From a virus, in the UHGV virus genome UHGV-1366948: a stretch of DNA of 38,925 nt; one strand, written 5' to 3'. The translations under genes and the position numbers were made by a program. Below, one piece after another: positions 1 through 8,044 of the stretch. The notes under the pieces were generated by a model. It was not told the DNA's origin and searched no databases. It was given only the letters and a program-made list of their open reading frames with translations. Each line of letters opens with the position of its first letter. Positions within the stretch are counted from its first letter, which is position 1.

Positions 1-7
1 AAGGAAA

Positions 8-45
8 TGGCGCCTCCGGCACGAATCGAACGTGCGACCCTCCCC
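8..45 (-). tRNA. Partial tRNA gene (3' portion only: T-arm GCACG-TTCGATT-CGTGC, acceptor 3' strand CGGAGGC, discriminator G, CCA). Likely the duplicated att core at the prophage end distal to int.
   Basis: Reverse complement of 8..45 reads GGGTCGCACGTTCGATTCGTGCCGGAGGCGCCA. No complementary 5' acceptor strand (GCCTCCG) occurs within 100 nt, so this is a fragment and not an intact tRNA. Confidence 0.45.
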
Positions 46-185
46 TTAGGAGTGTACCCAGGACGCCAACAAGGGCTCTACGGCCGCCATTCTACATCGC
101 TGAATCGACACAGAACCCATACCAATGTCACGTTTCTGTTTTGGTATTTCGGCGGGGCCGGCCATTGCGTCCGGCGGGGTTTGCG

Positions 186-210
186 AAAAAAAAGCCCGGC
201 GTAGCCGGGC
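186..210 (-). terminator. Rho-independent terminator ending the leftward early operon
   Basis: Minus strand reads GCCCGGC-TAC-GCCGGGC followed by T8, immediately after the stop of the 237..1256 gene. Confidence 0.7.
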
Positions 211-236
211 GTACTGGAGGGGCAGAGACATCGCGG

Positions 237-1256
237 TCAGTCTTCAGCGGGCCTACCTTTCAGCTCATACCCTCCGCCGAGCAGCACATACATCAGCGCG
301 CTGGCCGGGTTCTGCGCGCTCCGCTCATCCTCTTCGTACCGCTTGGCCAGCCTCCGGTAGACCTCAGAGGCCCCTGCGCTTTCTCGCAGCGGGACGTCGA
401 CCTCGCCCAGGCTCCCGTGGGACATTGCTGGGCCGCAGCGCTCGATGGCCGCCCAGGTTGCGGCGTCGTACCGCTTCGCGGCCAGCAGCTCCTGGATGTG
501 CCGCACATCCGCCCTCGTCAGTAGGTCGGAGGCGCCGAGCGGGTAACGCTGCTCGCTGGCCGCCGCCTTGGCGCCTGCCCGGCGCGACACGCCCTTCTTC
601 GTGCGCGCCTTGGGGGCGGCTGTCGACGACATCGATGTCGTCGACATCACGTTGCTTCTTCGCGCGCGGGCGTCCCCTTCTGGTGCGTCCGCCCGCGCCT
701 TGCGTCCCTTCCTGGCCTTGGCGGCGGGCGGCGTAGCCGCTGGCGTGCCCTCGGGCTCCGCCAGGTGCAGCTCGGCCGTCGCCTGGCCGTTGAAGTCCAG
801 CTCCGGCTCGGGCTGTACCACCAGATGCACGTCCTCATCCATGAACTCGGCCAGCACCGCCACCTCGTCCTTACTGGGGCGGAACGTGGCGGTAAACGAG
901 AGCTGGATCTGGCCGCCGTCGTGGGGCTCGATCCGGAAGCGGCGCAGCTGCACGTCGGTGAACCAGCGCTGCAGCAGCCGCAGCTCGCAGTGCTCGATCA
1001 CGTTGCAGAACCCGATGGGATCCATGGCGCGCGGCCGGGCAATCACGCCGTCTAGGAACAGGAAGCTGCGCAGCAGCGGATCGAAGTAGTCGCACAGGTC
1101 TGCGTGGGCGCGGCCCGAGAAGCGCGCGTCCACTACCAGCACCTTTTCGTCGTCGTTGCCGCGCTTGCGGATGTTCAGGGACTGCAGCTCGGCGTGTCCC
1201 TCGAAGCGGAACGACGGCACGGCCGTCGATTCGGTGAGTTCAGAATGGGATGTCAT
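237..1256 (-). CDS. Hypothetical phage early protein (339 aa): N-terminal globular domain, Lys/Arg/Ala-rich low-complexity linker with SMSSTSMSS repeats, short C-terminal domain
   Basis: Long ORF with high GC3. Its ATG overlaps the last codons of ssb (GATGACATCCCATTCTGA). It is the last gene of the leftward operon before the terminator. Confidence 0.55.
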   Translation of the reverse strand: MTSHSELTESTAVPSFRFEGHAELQSLNIRKRGNDDEKVLVVDARFSGRAHADLCDYFDPLLRSFLFLDGVIARPRAMDPIGFCNVIEHCELRLLQRWFTDVQLRRFRIEPHDGGQIQLSFTATFRPSKDEVAVLAEFMDEDVHLVVQPEPELDFNGQATAELHLAEPEGTPAATPPAAKARKGRKARADAPEGDARARRSNVMSTTSMSSTAAPKARTKKGVSRRAGAKAAASEQRYPLGASDLLTRADVRHIQELLAAKRYDAATWAAIERCGPAMSHGSLGEVDVPLRESAGASEVYRRLAKRYEEDERSAQNPASALMYVLLGGGYELKGRPAED

Positions 1257-1662
1257 CGGTCATGTCATCGAAGTTCGCGGCGGCTCGCTGGCCGGCGGCC
1301 GGCCGAGCGCCCTCGGCATCATGGTTCGCGTGGTCGGCGCGGTCCAGTAGGCGCAACTGGCTGCCCTGGATCTCGGTGCTGTAGCGCTTGATGCCATCGC
1401 GGTCGGTGTAGTCGCGCGTGACCAGGCGGCCGCTCACGTAGAGGCGACTGCCCTTGACCAGGTATTGGGCGGCCACCTCGGCCAGTCGGCCGAAGAAGGT
1501 CACGCGATGCCATTCGGTACGCTCTTGGCGCTGCCCGTTGGCGCGGCTGGTCCAGTGTTCGGTGGTGGCCACCGAGAGGTGACAGATCGGATCGCCGGCA
1601 GCCGTGAAGCGCGTCTCTGGGTCGCGGCCCAAGTGGCCAATGATGTCGACGCGGTTCAGCAT
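1240..1662 (-). CDS. ssb: Single-stranded DNA-binding protein
   Basis: OB-fold SSB N-terminus (MLNRVDIIGHLGRDPE...WHRVTFFGRLAEVAAQYLVKGSRLYVSGRL) and the canonical acidic tail ending DDIPF. AGGAGG sits 6 nt upstream of the ATG at 1662. Confidence 0.9.
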   Translation of the reverse strand: MLNRVDIIGHLGRDPETRFTAAGDPICHLSVATTEHWTSRANGQRQERTEWHRVTFFGRLAEVAAQYLVKGSRLYVSGRLVTRDYTDRDGIKRYSTEIQGSQLRLLDRADHANHDAEGARPAAGQRAAANFDDMTDDIPF

Positions 1663-1922
1663 TCGGCCTCCTGGATAAACGTCTCCAGCTCTTCGGTCGC
1701 AGGGCGCCGCCAGTTCGTGATGACGCCCGTGTCCACATCGATCTTCAGCACCAGGTAGTCGCCTCCGCCTTCCGGGAAGAATGCGGGCACGTATCCCTCG
1801 TATCCGACCAGCTTCTGGCCGTCTTGGGTCAACAGGTCGGCCGCGAACTCGTCGCGCACCTTGATGCACAGGTCCAGCGTCTTTGCCTGCACCTTGATTG
1901 GCTGGTGGATGGTCACTTCCAT
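1656..1922 (-). CDS. Hypothetical small phage protein (88 aa from ATG; ORF track start at 1949 is a TTG)
   Basis: ATG at 1922 is preceded by GGTGAGG. Its stop overlaps the ssb start (ATGCTGA). Confidence 0.5.
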   Translation of the reverse strand: MEVTIHQPIKVQAKTLDLCIKVRDEFAADLLTQDGQKLVGYEGYVPAFFPEGGGDYLVLKIDVDTGVITNWRRPATEELETFIQEAEC

Positions 1923-1929
1923 GGGCGCC

Positions 1930-2724
1930 TCACCGAGCCCGGGCTGCAATGGTGCGCGCAGCGGTGACGACGACGCCCGGGTACAGCGGGCCTGCGCGCT
2001 TGAACGCGCGCGCCTGCGCGCCCAGGAACTTCATGTCGGGCACCACGCACTCGATGGGCGCCTGCCCGGCGGCCACCGCCTGCACCAGCGCCAGCATGTC
2101 CTGCACCTCGGCAGCGTAATTCACCCGGCCGCTGATGCCGGCGGCTCTCGCGGGGGTCTCTACTGCGGCCGGCACCGTCACCACTGCGGCCGTCATGGCT
2201 GCGATCTCGGCCTGCGTGGCCGCTGCCTGCATGTCCTGCATCGCCTGGGTGGCGGCTTGCATGTTGCCGGCCCTGGCGGCAGCCTGAGCCTTTTCCTCGG
2301 CCTGACGGATCGCGGCCCGGGCGGCCGCCTCTTCGCGCGCCAGGCGTTCGCGCTCGGCACGGGCCTGCGCTTCAGCCTGGGCGCGCGCCTCGGCAGCTTG
2401 TCGCTCCTGCTCGTGCAGCCAAGTGGCGATCGAGCGTTTCAGCGAGCGCTCGGCCTTATCCAGGTAGTCGCGCGGGGCGCGAAACAGATCGTTAACGGCT
2501 TTCACGGCCTGGTTGAGCGGTCCGGTGATACGGGTGCGCTGCTCTTCCACATCTTTCTGCAGCGCCTTGATGCGGCGCAGGTCGTCGCTGGCCAGATCGA
2601 ACAGCGCGGGGCTGTCGATTACGAAGTCGGTGGCGCTATCCAGCATCTGCTGGGCACGCCCGGCCAGCTCGATGGCGGGGCTGGCGTCGTAGCTGATGGT
2701 GTCGGTGGTCTGCATGTCAGTCAT
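1930..2724 (-). CDS. Hypothetical phage protein with a central Ala/Gln/Glu/Arg-rich coiled-coil (264 aa)
   Basis: ATG at 2724 overlaps the stop of the upstream nuclease gene. Long heptad-like AEARAQAEAQARAERERLAREEAAARAA segment. Confidence 0.6.
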   Translation of the reverse strand: MTDMQTTDTISYDASPAIELAGRAQQMLDSATDFVIDSPALFDLASDDLRRIKALQKDVEEQRTRITGPLNQAVKAVNDLFRAPRDYLDKAERSLKRSIATWLHEQERQAAEARAQAEAQARAERERLAREEAAARAAIRQAEEKAQAAARAGNMQAATQAMQDMQAAATQAEIAAMTAAVVTVPAAVETPARAAGISGRVNYAAEVQDMLALVQAVAAGQAPIECVVPDMKFLGAQARAFKRAGPLYPGVVVTAARTIAARAR

Positions 2725-3328
2725 CGGTGTGGGTCAGGTTTGGGGTGTTGAGACGGTGGCGCTGGCACCAGCCGCGCACAGTGAGCAGCGAACAGAACAG
2801 CGGCCAGTCGGTGGTATCCATGTATTCCTGCGCGTGATAGGTGCCGTCCTCGCGCAACTGCACCGCCAAGCGGCGCAGCGCCTGAACGTTGTGCGACTGC
2901 AGCGCGTGCTGGTAGGCGGCCAGCTGCGGGCCAACAACCGGGTACAGGCGCGCAGTGGTTTTCAGGTCCACCACGGCGGGAATGCCGTCGACAAGGCCGA
3001 AGCGATCGAGCGTGCCCGCATAGCGCAACACGGTGTGATACAGCGGCTGCTCGATCATTTCCCAGCGCGCGTCATGCTCGCGGCAGAACGCCTGCCAGGC
3101 CGTGAGGTATGGCATCAGCGCCGGATCCAGCGTGTCCGTGTCCAGATCGCCCTGGTCGTGCAACTCGCAGGCCAGATGCACGGCACTTCCGAACTCGGCG
3201 GCGGCCGACAACACATCGGCCGGCACGCTGCCGAAGTCCTGCAGCGGCCGCAGGATGCTGGTCACACTGGGCAAGCGCGCGCCATCCAGGTCGTAGCGGT
3301 GGGAGGCGGCATTGAAGGTCAGAGACAT
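2717..3328 (-). CDS. PD-(D/E)XK (RecB/Cas4-like) family nuclease, probable recombination exonuclease partner
   Basis: Motifs HRYDLDG...PSVTSIL, VHLACE, TLDRFGLVDG...VVDLKTT (D...D/ExK catalytic core). It lies immediately downstream of the annealing protein in the same operon. Confidence 0.55.
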   Translation of the reverse strand: MSLTFNAASHRYDLDGARLPSVTSILRPLQDFGSVPADVLSAAAEFGSAVHLACELHDQGDLDTDTLDPALMPYLTAWQAFCREHDARWEMIEQPLYHTVLRYAGTLDRFGLVDGIPAVVDLKTTARLYPVVGPQLAAYQHALQSHNVQALRRLAVQLREDGTYHAQEYMDTTDWPLFCSLLTVRGWCQRHRLNTPNLTHTDD

Positions 3329-3714
3329 TTGCGGCCCATCATTCGGTTCACATCATTGAGTCCCTTCATGGCCGTGATGACGGCCCGGGCGATGGGCTCA
3401 ACCTGTCGCGTGCGCGCGCACCACAGCGTCCATGCGTGCGGCGTCTTGCGCAGCAGCTCTCTGGCGAGGCTTTCGGCTGTCAGGGTGGCGATGTGATCAC
3501 GCAGGCTGCGCGAGCCGACCGCACCAAACCAGCGCGACCAGGCCGAGCCGTCGCATTCGACGATGATCTGGCCCATGCCGCCGAAGTCGCGCAGCAAGAC
3601 GGTGATGGGCGGAATGGTGGCCCGTCCCAGCAGGCCGTCGGCCTTGGCCTCATAGATACGCAGCGCCTCGATGTTCTCGATGGGCTCGATTTGCATCACC
3701 AGCTCCTCGGTCAT
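3319..3714 (-). CDS. Hypothetical phage protein (131 aa)
   Basis: ATGA start/stop overlap with the upstream RecT-like gene; high GC3. Confidence 0.5.
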   Translation of the reverse strand: MTEELVMQIEPIENIEALRIYEAKADGLLGRATIPPITVLLRDFGGMGQIIVECDGSAWSRWFGAVGSRSLRDHIATLTAESLARELLRKTPHAWTLWCARTRQVEPIARAVITAMKGLNDVNRMMGRKCL

Positions 3715-4631
3715 GACTGCGCCTCCTCGTTCAGTGCGGCGTTGAGCGCCAGGAAGTCAGCTGTGGTGATGCCATCGAGCGTGCCGCCTGCTGCCAGGCC
3801 CGCGCGCTGGCGCGCCTGGGCAATCGTGAGTCCGGCCTGGGCGATGCGTCGGGAGATCAACGCAACCTCACCGGCGGTGGCTGCTGTGGCCTTGCTGGTC
3901 CGTTTTCCGCCACGACGGGCCGGGGATGCCGCCTTGCCGGCTGCTGCAGGTGCTGCGGCAGCATCTGGCGCGGGCCGTGCCGCCACTGCGGTTGCAGCAG
4001 CAGACTTGCGTTGCGGCGGCGTCACCTTCGGCTTTTTGCCGGCAGCCGGCGCGGCTGGTGCCGGCGTGGTCATCGAAAGCCCGTCCAGCTCTTCGGCGGT
4101 GGGCGCGGTGCAGCTCTCAGGAAAACCACGACGCAGCGCCTGGGTCTCGGCGCGCGCTCCCAGCAGTGCGTAGGGGCGACGCGCCCACGCATCGTCCAGC
4201 GAGCCGTCAGCGAGCACGATGCGGTTCTCACGCCAGTATTCGCGCGCCGAGAACTCGGCCACCTCGCCGGTGTCCATGCGTCGCCGCACGGTGACGCGGC
4301 ACCAGGTCGGGAAGGTCACGGTCTGGCCGTTGATGACCTCGGTGGCCTCCGGTCCATACTCCGGCTCATCGATGCCAGCGCAGCCGTGGCGCATCGCCAG
4401 CATCCGATACAGGCCAGCGCGAGGGCGAATGATCCGTCGCGGGTCATCAGGGTCGGCCGGATTCGCTCGAGCCAGGTAGACGGGGTTCTGCAGCGCTGAC
4501 AGGCCCAGCGCGTTGCAGTAGTCGCGCACGGCGCGCACGGTGTCGCGGGACTCGCCCGGATAGATGGAAGTCTGCAGGATGTCGAGCAGAGCCTCGTCGT
4601 CAATATGGTCGGTGATTTCTGGTGTCGTCAT
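3711..4631 (-). CDS. Single-strand annealing protein, RecT/Redbeta-like (306 aa) with Ala/Pro/Lys-rich linker and short C-terminal domain
   Basis: N-terminal region SIYPGESRDTVRAVRDYCNALGLSALQNPVYL and W...AWARRPYALLGARAETQALRRGFPE resemble the RecT/Bet signature (W..HWEAMA.KT.IRRL.K.LP). Genomic context: followed by a nuclease and ssb. Confidence 0.5.
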   Translation of the reverse strand: MTTPEITDHIDDEALLDILQTSIYPGESRDTVRAVRDYCNALGLSALQNPVYLARANPADPDDPRRIIRPRAGLYRMLAMRHGCAGIDEPEYGPEATEVINGQTVTFPTWCRVTVRRRMDTGEVAEFSAREYWRENRIVLADGSLDDAWARRPYALLGARAETQALRRGFPESCTAPTAEELDGLSMTTPAPAAPAAGKKPKVTPPQRKSAAATAVAARPAPDAAAAPAAAGKAASPARRGGKRTSKATAATAGEVALISRRIAQAGLTIAQARQRAGLAAGGTLDGITTADFLALNAALNEEAQS

Positions 4632-4663
4632 GGTGCCGTCATGTTTAGCGTTGTAGACGGCAA

Positions 4664-4692
4664 AATATAGAACGGTAACTTTTTCGTGTAAA
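4664..4692 (-). promoter_or_regulatory. pL-like sigma70 promoter for the leftward early operon: TTTACA-N17-TATATT
   Basis: Seen directly on the minus strand about 35 nt upstream of the RecT-like start. Sits between the cI-operon terminator and the early operon, as in lambda pL. Confidence 0.5.
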
Positions 4693-4740
4693 GGATTAGC
4701 GAAACAGATTTAAGCCATTACTCGCCGCTGGCGTCTGCGC

Positions 4741-4764
4741 AACAAAAAGCCCGCTTTCGCGGGC
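4741..4764 (-). terminator. Rho-independent terminator of the cI (lysogenic) transcript
   Basis: Minus strand GCCCGC-GAAA-GCGGGC followed by TTTTTGTT, about 40 nt after the stop of the 4802..5260 gene. Confidence 0.6.
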
Positions 4765-4801
4765 TGCTGTGCGATATCGAAGGTGCTGGAGATGAACTAC
4801 A

Positions 4802-5260
4802 TCAGCGCCACGAGAAAACGGGGCATGTCGGCGCCGTCACAACGTGTTTGATGCTCCTACGCAACGTCTTTATAATCCCCCCCCCCCCCCCCCCCCCGCT
4901 GCGCGAATGGCTCTTTTCTGCAACGCGCTCGCGCAATACGCGGGCGGTCCTTTCTGCGATCTGCTGGGCCACACTGCGGCGGAGGGATGCCTGGTCGACG
5001 TGCTCGCAACCGACGCGCTCCGCTTCGCTGGTAATACAGGACTGCGCGTCTTCCGCGCGCGCCCAGGCAAGCTTCATGGCGTTGGCGACATCATCCAGCC
5101 TTCGGTAAGCGTCCGGGCCTTCGAGGTAGACCAGCGCCAGCTTCATGACTGAGGCAATTTCCGAGAAGGCCGCTTGCGCCAGGCCGTCCATCGCCTCGAT
5201 GGTGGCATGCAGGGTGGCGCATTCTTGGGGTGTTTCATCGGCTGCCTGTTGGTCGCTCAT
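4802..5260 (-). CDS. Lysogeny-expressed accessory gene downstream of cI (152 aa from ATG 5260; ORF extends to a TTG at 5395). Acidic, helical, C-terminus runs through the poly(G/C) tract (Gly7).
   Basis: Occupies the slot of lambda rexAB (between cI and oL/pL), followed by a terminator. AAGGAA/GAGGT lie upstream of ATG 5260. The tail after the homopolymer uses rare codons (ATA, AGG), suggesting frame-dependent C-terminus. Confidence 0.5.
   Translation of the reverse strand: MSDQQAADETPQECATLHATIEAMDGLAQAAFSEIASVMKLALVYLEGPDAYRRLDDVANAMKLAWARAEDAQSCITSEAERVGCEHVDQASLRRSVAQQIAERTARVLRERVAEKSHSRSGGGGGGGIIKTLRRSIKHVVTAPTCPVFSWR
4848..4875 (+). promoter_or_regulatory. Candidate plus-strand sigma70 promoter TTGATG-N16/17-TATAAT whose start site would fall inside the poly(C) tract
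   Basis: Perfect TATAAT immediately 5' of the C-tract with a TTGATG hexamer at the proper spacing. The transcript would be antisense to the cI-operon distal gene. Confidence 0.35.
4876..4897. repeat. Homopolymeric poly(C) tract of 21-22 nt (poly(G) on the coding minus strand)
   Basis: Directly visible. The printed sequence gives 22 C, the ORF track implies 21 plus one extra G upstream, so coordinates carry +/-1 uncertainty. Confidence 0.9.
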
Positions 5261-5391
5261 GCGCGTGTTTACCTCGGTTCCTTGCGAGTCGTAACGAAAC
5301 ATAACGGCGGAAAACCTGACACCCTGGCAATTGGTAGCACCAGCACGACAAAGACCGACGAACGGTAGATATGCCCGGATGAACGGTCGAT

Positions 5392-6057
5392 TCAAGCGGG
5401 CGGACGGCGGTACCTCCGATGTTCAATCACCGTCCCCAGAACCTCAACCGCTGATGCGTCGCCTTGAACCGTTGGGTAGTCGTCGTTGAGCGGCTTCAGC
5501 TCAATGAATGCTCGCCCGGTGTCATCAACCCCCCTAGGTCGATACTTGCGCAACACGGCCCCCTCCTCCCGACTGAGCGCCAGCACGTAATCGCCTGGCG
5601 CAGGCTCTACAGCTGGGTCAACGATGACCTGGTCCCCGGGTCGCAGCTCTGGCTGCATCGAGTTATCACGAATCTGCAGCGCAAAAGCCCGAGGAGACTG
5701 CGCCCCGGTGCTAAGCAGCCATTCGGGAGCACCTCCTGCGTCATAAGGGTCGCCGCTCCTCAGCCAATCGACGACCCTGGCTCGGTCAATGCACGGGATC
5801 TGGCGAATGTCCTCCATGCCTGGCCCCATGCCCATTTGTTCGCGCACCAGCTTGACCCCTTCGCCGGTCATCAACCAAGCGGCGCGCACGCCGGTAGCCC
5901 CTTCGATTTTGGCGGCGGTTTCGCCGCGCATGTGCTTTGTCCGTCCCGTAATCCAATGCGATATCGATGACGGGGTCACACCTATCTCGGCCGCCAGCTG
6001 CAGGCGGGTCTTGCCCGAGATCCTCAACGCCTCTTCAAGCCGGTCGCTCAAGTCCAT
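5392..6057 (-). CDS. CI-type prophage repressor: XRE-family HTH plus C-terminal S24 (LexA-like) autopeptidase domain
   Basis: HTH LQLAAEIGVTPSSISHWITG. S24 motifs QIRDNSMQPELRPGDQVIVD and AVLRKY (Ser/Lys dyad). GGGGAG sits 8 nt upstream of ATG 6057 (the ORF track start at 6102 is GTG). Confidence 0.85.
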   Translation of the reverse strand: MDLSDRLEEALRISGKTRLQLAAEIGVTPSSISHWITGRTKHMRGETAAKIEGATGVRAAWLMTGEGVKLVREQMGMGPGMEDIRQIPCIDRARVVDWLRSGDPYDAGGAPEWLLSTGAQSPRAFALQIRDNSMQPELRPGDQVIVDPAVEPAPGDYVLALSREEGAVLRKYRPRGVDDTGRAFIELKPLNDDYPTVQGDASAVEVLGTVIEHRRYRRPPA

Positions 6058-6204
6058 GCAGGAACTCCCCTGTTTATCGCGGAATTTTAGCGAACTCAAC
6101 ACAGGGCCGTGTCACAGAAGACACGATGTGTACTACATTGACCTTCACAAATTACTGTCTTATACAATGCTGCGGATTGAGGTAACGAACTATCGAGCAC
6201 TGGC
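6058..6204. promoter_or_regulatory. Divergent immunity-region promoters/operators. Candidate pR TTGACC(6138-6143)-N17-TATACA(6161-6166) or TACAAT. Leftward pRM-like TAAAAT near 6083-6088. ACAC-N-GTGT dyads at 6104-6150.
   Basis: Hexamers seen directly. Dyads ACACAGGGCCGTGT and ACACGATGTGT lie between the divergent cI and cro-like starts. Confidence 0.45.
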
Positions 6205-6543
6205 ATGAAGACAGCAAGAGCCGTGGAATTGGCGGGCGGGCGAGCACAGCTGGCCGGCCTCCTGGGAATTGGGCGAGCTGCCGTCCATCACTGGGGAGAA
6301 GACATCCCCGAAGGGCGCGCCTGGCAACTGCGCGTTCTCCGTCCCGAGTGGTTTCCGCAGGACGCCCCCGGCGGCGGGCAACCCATTGCGTCGGCGCCAG
6401 TCGGTCAGGTCCACCAGCCCCCCGATGCCGATACGCCGGCTGCGGAACTGACGGCCGCAGAACGCAAGGCGCGAGAACAGCAGGAAAAGCTGGCTCGCAT
6501 CATCCAGCTGGCCACAGAGATCGTGCAGGAGGCTGTGCAATGA
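6205..6543 (+). CDS. Cro-like / YdaS-type HTH regulator (112 aa)
   Basis: Divergent from cI. TARAVELAGGRAQLAGLLGIGRAAVHHWGE-IPEGRAWQLRVL resembles Cro/YdaS-family HTH. Confidence 0.55.
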   Translation: MKTARAVELAGGRAQLAGLLGIGRAAVHHWGEDIPEGRAWQLRVLRPEWFPQDAPGGGQPIASAPVGQVHQPPDADTPAAELTAAERKAREQQEKLARIIQLATEIVQEAVQ

Positions 6544-7001
6544 ACGGACGCTCAGTGGCAAACGGGCCGAAACCACTGCATGAACTCGAAACCTACCGGC
6601 CGTCATACATCACGCTGCAGCGCCTGGTCGACGCGGCCCTGCATGGCGAAAGCGTCGACCGACTGCGGGTCATGCTCGATGTGCTGGTGCGCCTCGATGC
6701 CGGCCTGCCGACGGACAGCCTGGAGGCGCCAAGCGCCACCTTCCTGGCGCACCTGATGCACCTGGTCGCTCGTGGCCTCCTGGAGCCGCACGAGTGCGGC
6801 GGCTGGCTGACGATGCGCGACGCGCCGCTGGCCGACGCGGCGGAGGCCCTGCTGCGGGACGAGCGCCTGGATGGCGAGATGCTGCGCGCAGGGCTGCTGC
6901 TGGTCATCGGGCGACCTCTGCCAATGAAGTACCGGAACGCCCTGGATCGGCTGCGCGACCTGGGCTGGCAGCTCACCAAGGATGTGCAATGGCGCTTCTG
7001 A
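6540..7001 (+). CDS. Hypothetical early protein (153 aa)
   Basis: ATGA overlap with the cro-like stop; high GC3. Confidence 0.5.
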   Translation: MNGRSVANGPKPLHELETYRPSYITLQRLVDAALHGESVDRLRVMLDVLVRLDAGLPTDSLEAPSATFLAHLMHLVARGLLEPHECGGWLTMRDAPLADAAEALLRDERLDGEMLRAGLLLVIGRPLPMKYRNALDRLRDLGWQLTKDVQWRF

Positions 7002-7405
7002 TGAAGGTCGAGATGACAGACATGCCTACGGCCGACCCTGACGCGGTGCGCAGGGTGATCGAGCTGGCGGACAGGCAGATGCGCGCTGCGCTCTGGGAGG
7101 CCTCGGTCCAAGCCAGGGTCAACGAACACGAGAGTATTCAGCGCGCGCTGCGCGACCCGAGAACGACACCGGAAGAGCTGCTGGTGCTGCGTACCCTGTT
7201 GGCGATGGAGGCGCTGATGCGCGAAGGCCCGGGCCAGCGAGCCGCCCCGATGTGGATCAGGATCAGGAACGGCCTGGACAGAATGCTGTGCATGGAAGCC
7301 GAGGCAACCGCCACCATCGTGTTGCGCCTGTTCTCGCGTGACTGGCTGCAGCTGGGCGTTTCCCTCGACGGCTGGCTGACCGCGAGCGCGCGGCATGCGT
7401 CATGA
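6989..7405 (+). CDS. Hypothetical early protein (138 aa; alternative TGATG-coupled start at 7001)
   Basis: In-frame ATGs at 6989 and 7001, both overlapping the upstream stop. Confidence 0.45.
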   Translation: MALLMKVEMTDMPTADPDAVRRVIELADRQMRAALWEASVQARVNEHESIQRALRDPRTTPEELLVLRTLLAMEALMREGPGQRAAPMWIRIRNGLDRMLCMEAEATATIVLRLFSRDWLQLGVSLDGWLTASARHAS

Positions 7406-7746
7406 GAGTGTACGCCGTCGACATCAACGCCGCGCAGCGCGAGACGCTGGGCCTGACCGCCACCGAGGAGGGGGTGCTTACGCGCTTGCGGCTCTGGTAC
7501 CTGTGGACCGAGCGACCGCTGCCGGATGATTGGCGCTGGATATACGCCATCGCCGGCGTGGACCAGTCCGCGCCATACGCGGAGCGCCAGGCTGTGGCCA
7601 ATGTCGTGCAGCGTTTCTTCGTCTACGTGAAGCGCGACGGCGGTCACGTATGGGTGCGCCGCGAATATGACGACCTGATTGCAGCCAGCCATGCCGCAGC
7701 AACAGGCCAGCGGACCGGGGGCGCTGATGACGCAAATTCCGCGTGA
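7402..7746 (+). CDS. Hypothetical early protein (114 aa) with a DUF1376-like motif (YLWTERPLPDDWRWIY)
   Basis: ATGA overlap with the upstream gene. Confidence 0.45.
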   Translation: MRVYAVDINAAQRETLGLTATEEGVLTRLRLWYLWTERPLPDDWRWIYAIAGVDQSAPYAERQAVANVVQRFFVYVKRDGGHVWVRREYDDLIAASHAAATGQRTGGADDANSA

Positions 7747-8044
7747 CTGGATCCCTGCGCCGCTTCCAGACCTCTCCAGTCAGGCAGGGGATGTTCACCT
7801 GGCGTTGCTGGATCTGCACTTCATCAACCGTCGTCCATTGCCATTGGACCGGAAGACGCTCCATCGCCTGCTCAACGTCCGAACCTACTACCAGGAGTGG
7901 CAGGTGGAGGCCGTACTGAACACCCATTTCAACAGAACGCCGCAGGGCTGGTTGCCCATGCTCGAACCAAAGCCACTGGATGCCCGGCCATGCACTACTT
8001 CTCCTTCCACATCCGCGACTACCGAAGCAAAACCGGGTACCTGA
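7727..8044 (+). CDS. Possible small ORF (105 aa) overlapping the initiator gene start
   Basis: ATG preceded by a G-rich stretch; overlaps the next gene by 54 nt. Confidence 0.2.
   Translation: MTQIPRDWIPAPLPDLSSQAGDVHLALLDLHFINRRPLPLDRKTLHRLLNVRTYYQEWQVEAVLNTHFNRTPQGWLPMLEPKPLDARPCTTSPSTSATTEAKPGT

Noticed and set aside
8-95. Possible complete tRNA gene at the left edge
   Set aside because: Only the T-arm and 3' acceptor strand are present. No complementary 5' acceptor strand within 100 nt, so it is a 3' fragment (att duplicate), not a functional tRNA.
4861-4861. Apparent extra or missing base versus the supplied ORF track near the poly(C) tract
   Set aside because: The printed sequence gives C22 but the translations require C21 plus an additional G at about 4861. 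This is a transcription ambiguity of the homopolymer region rather than a biological feature. Coordinates there carry +/-1 uncertainty.
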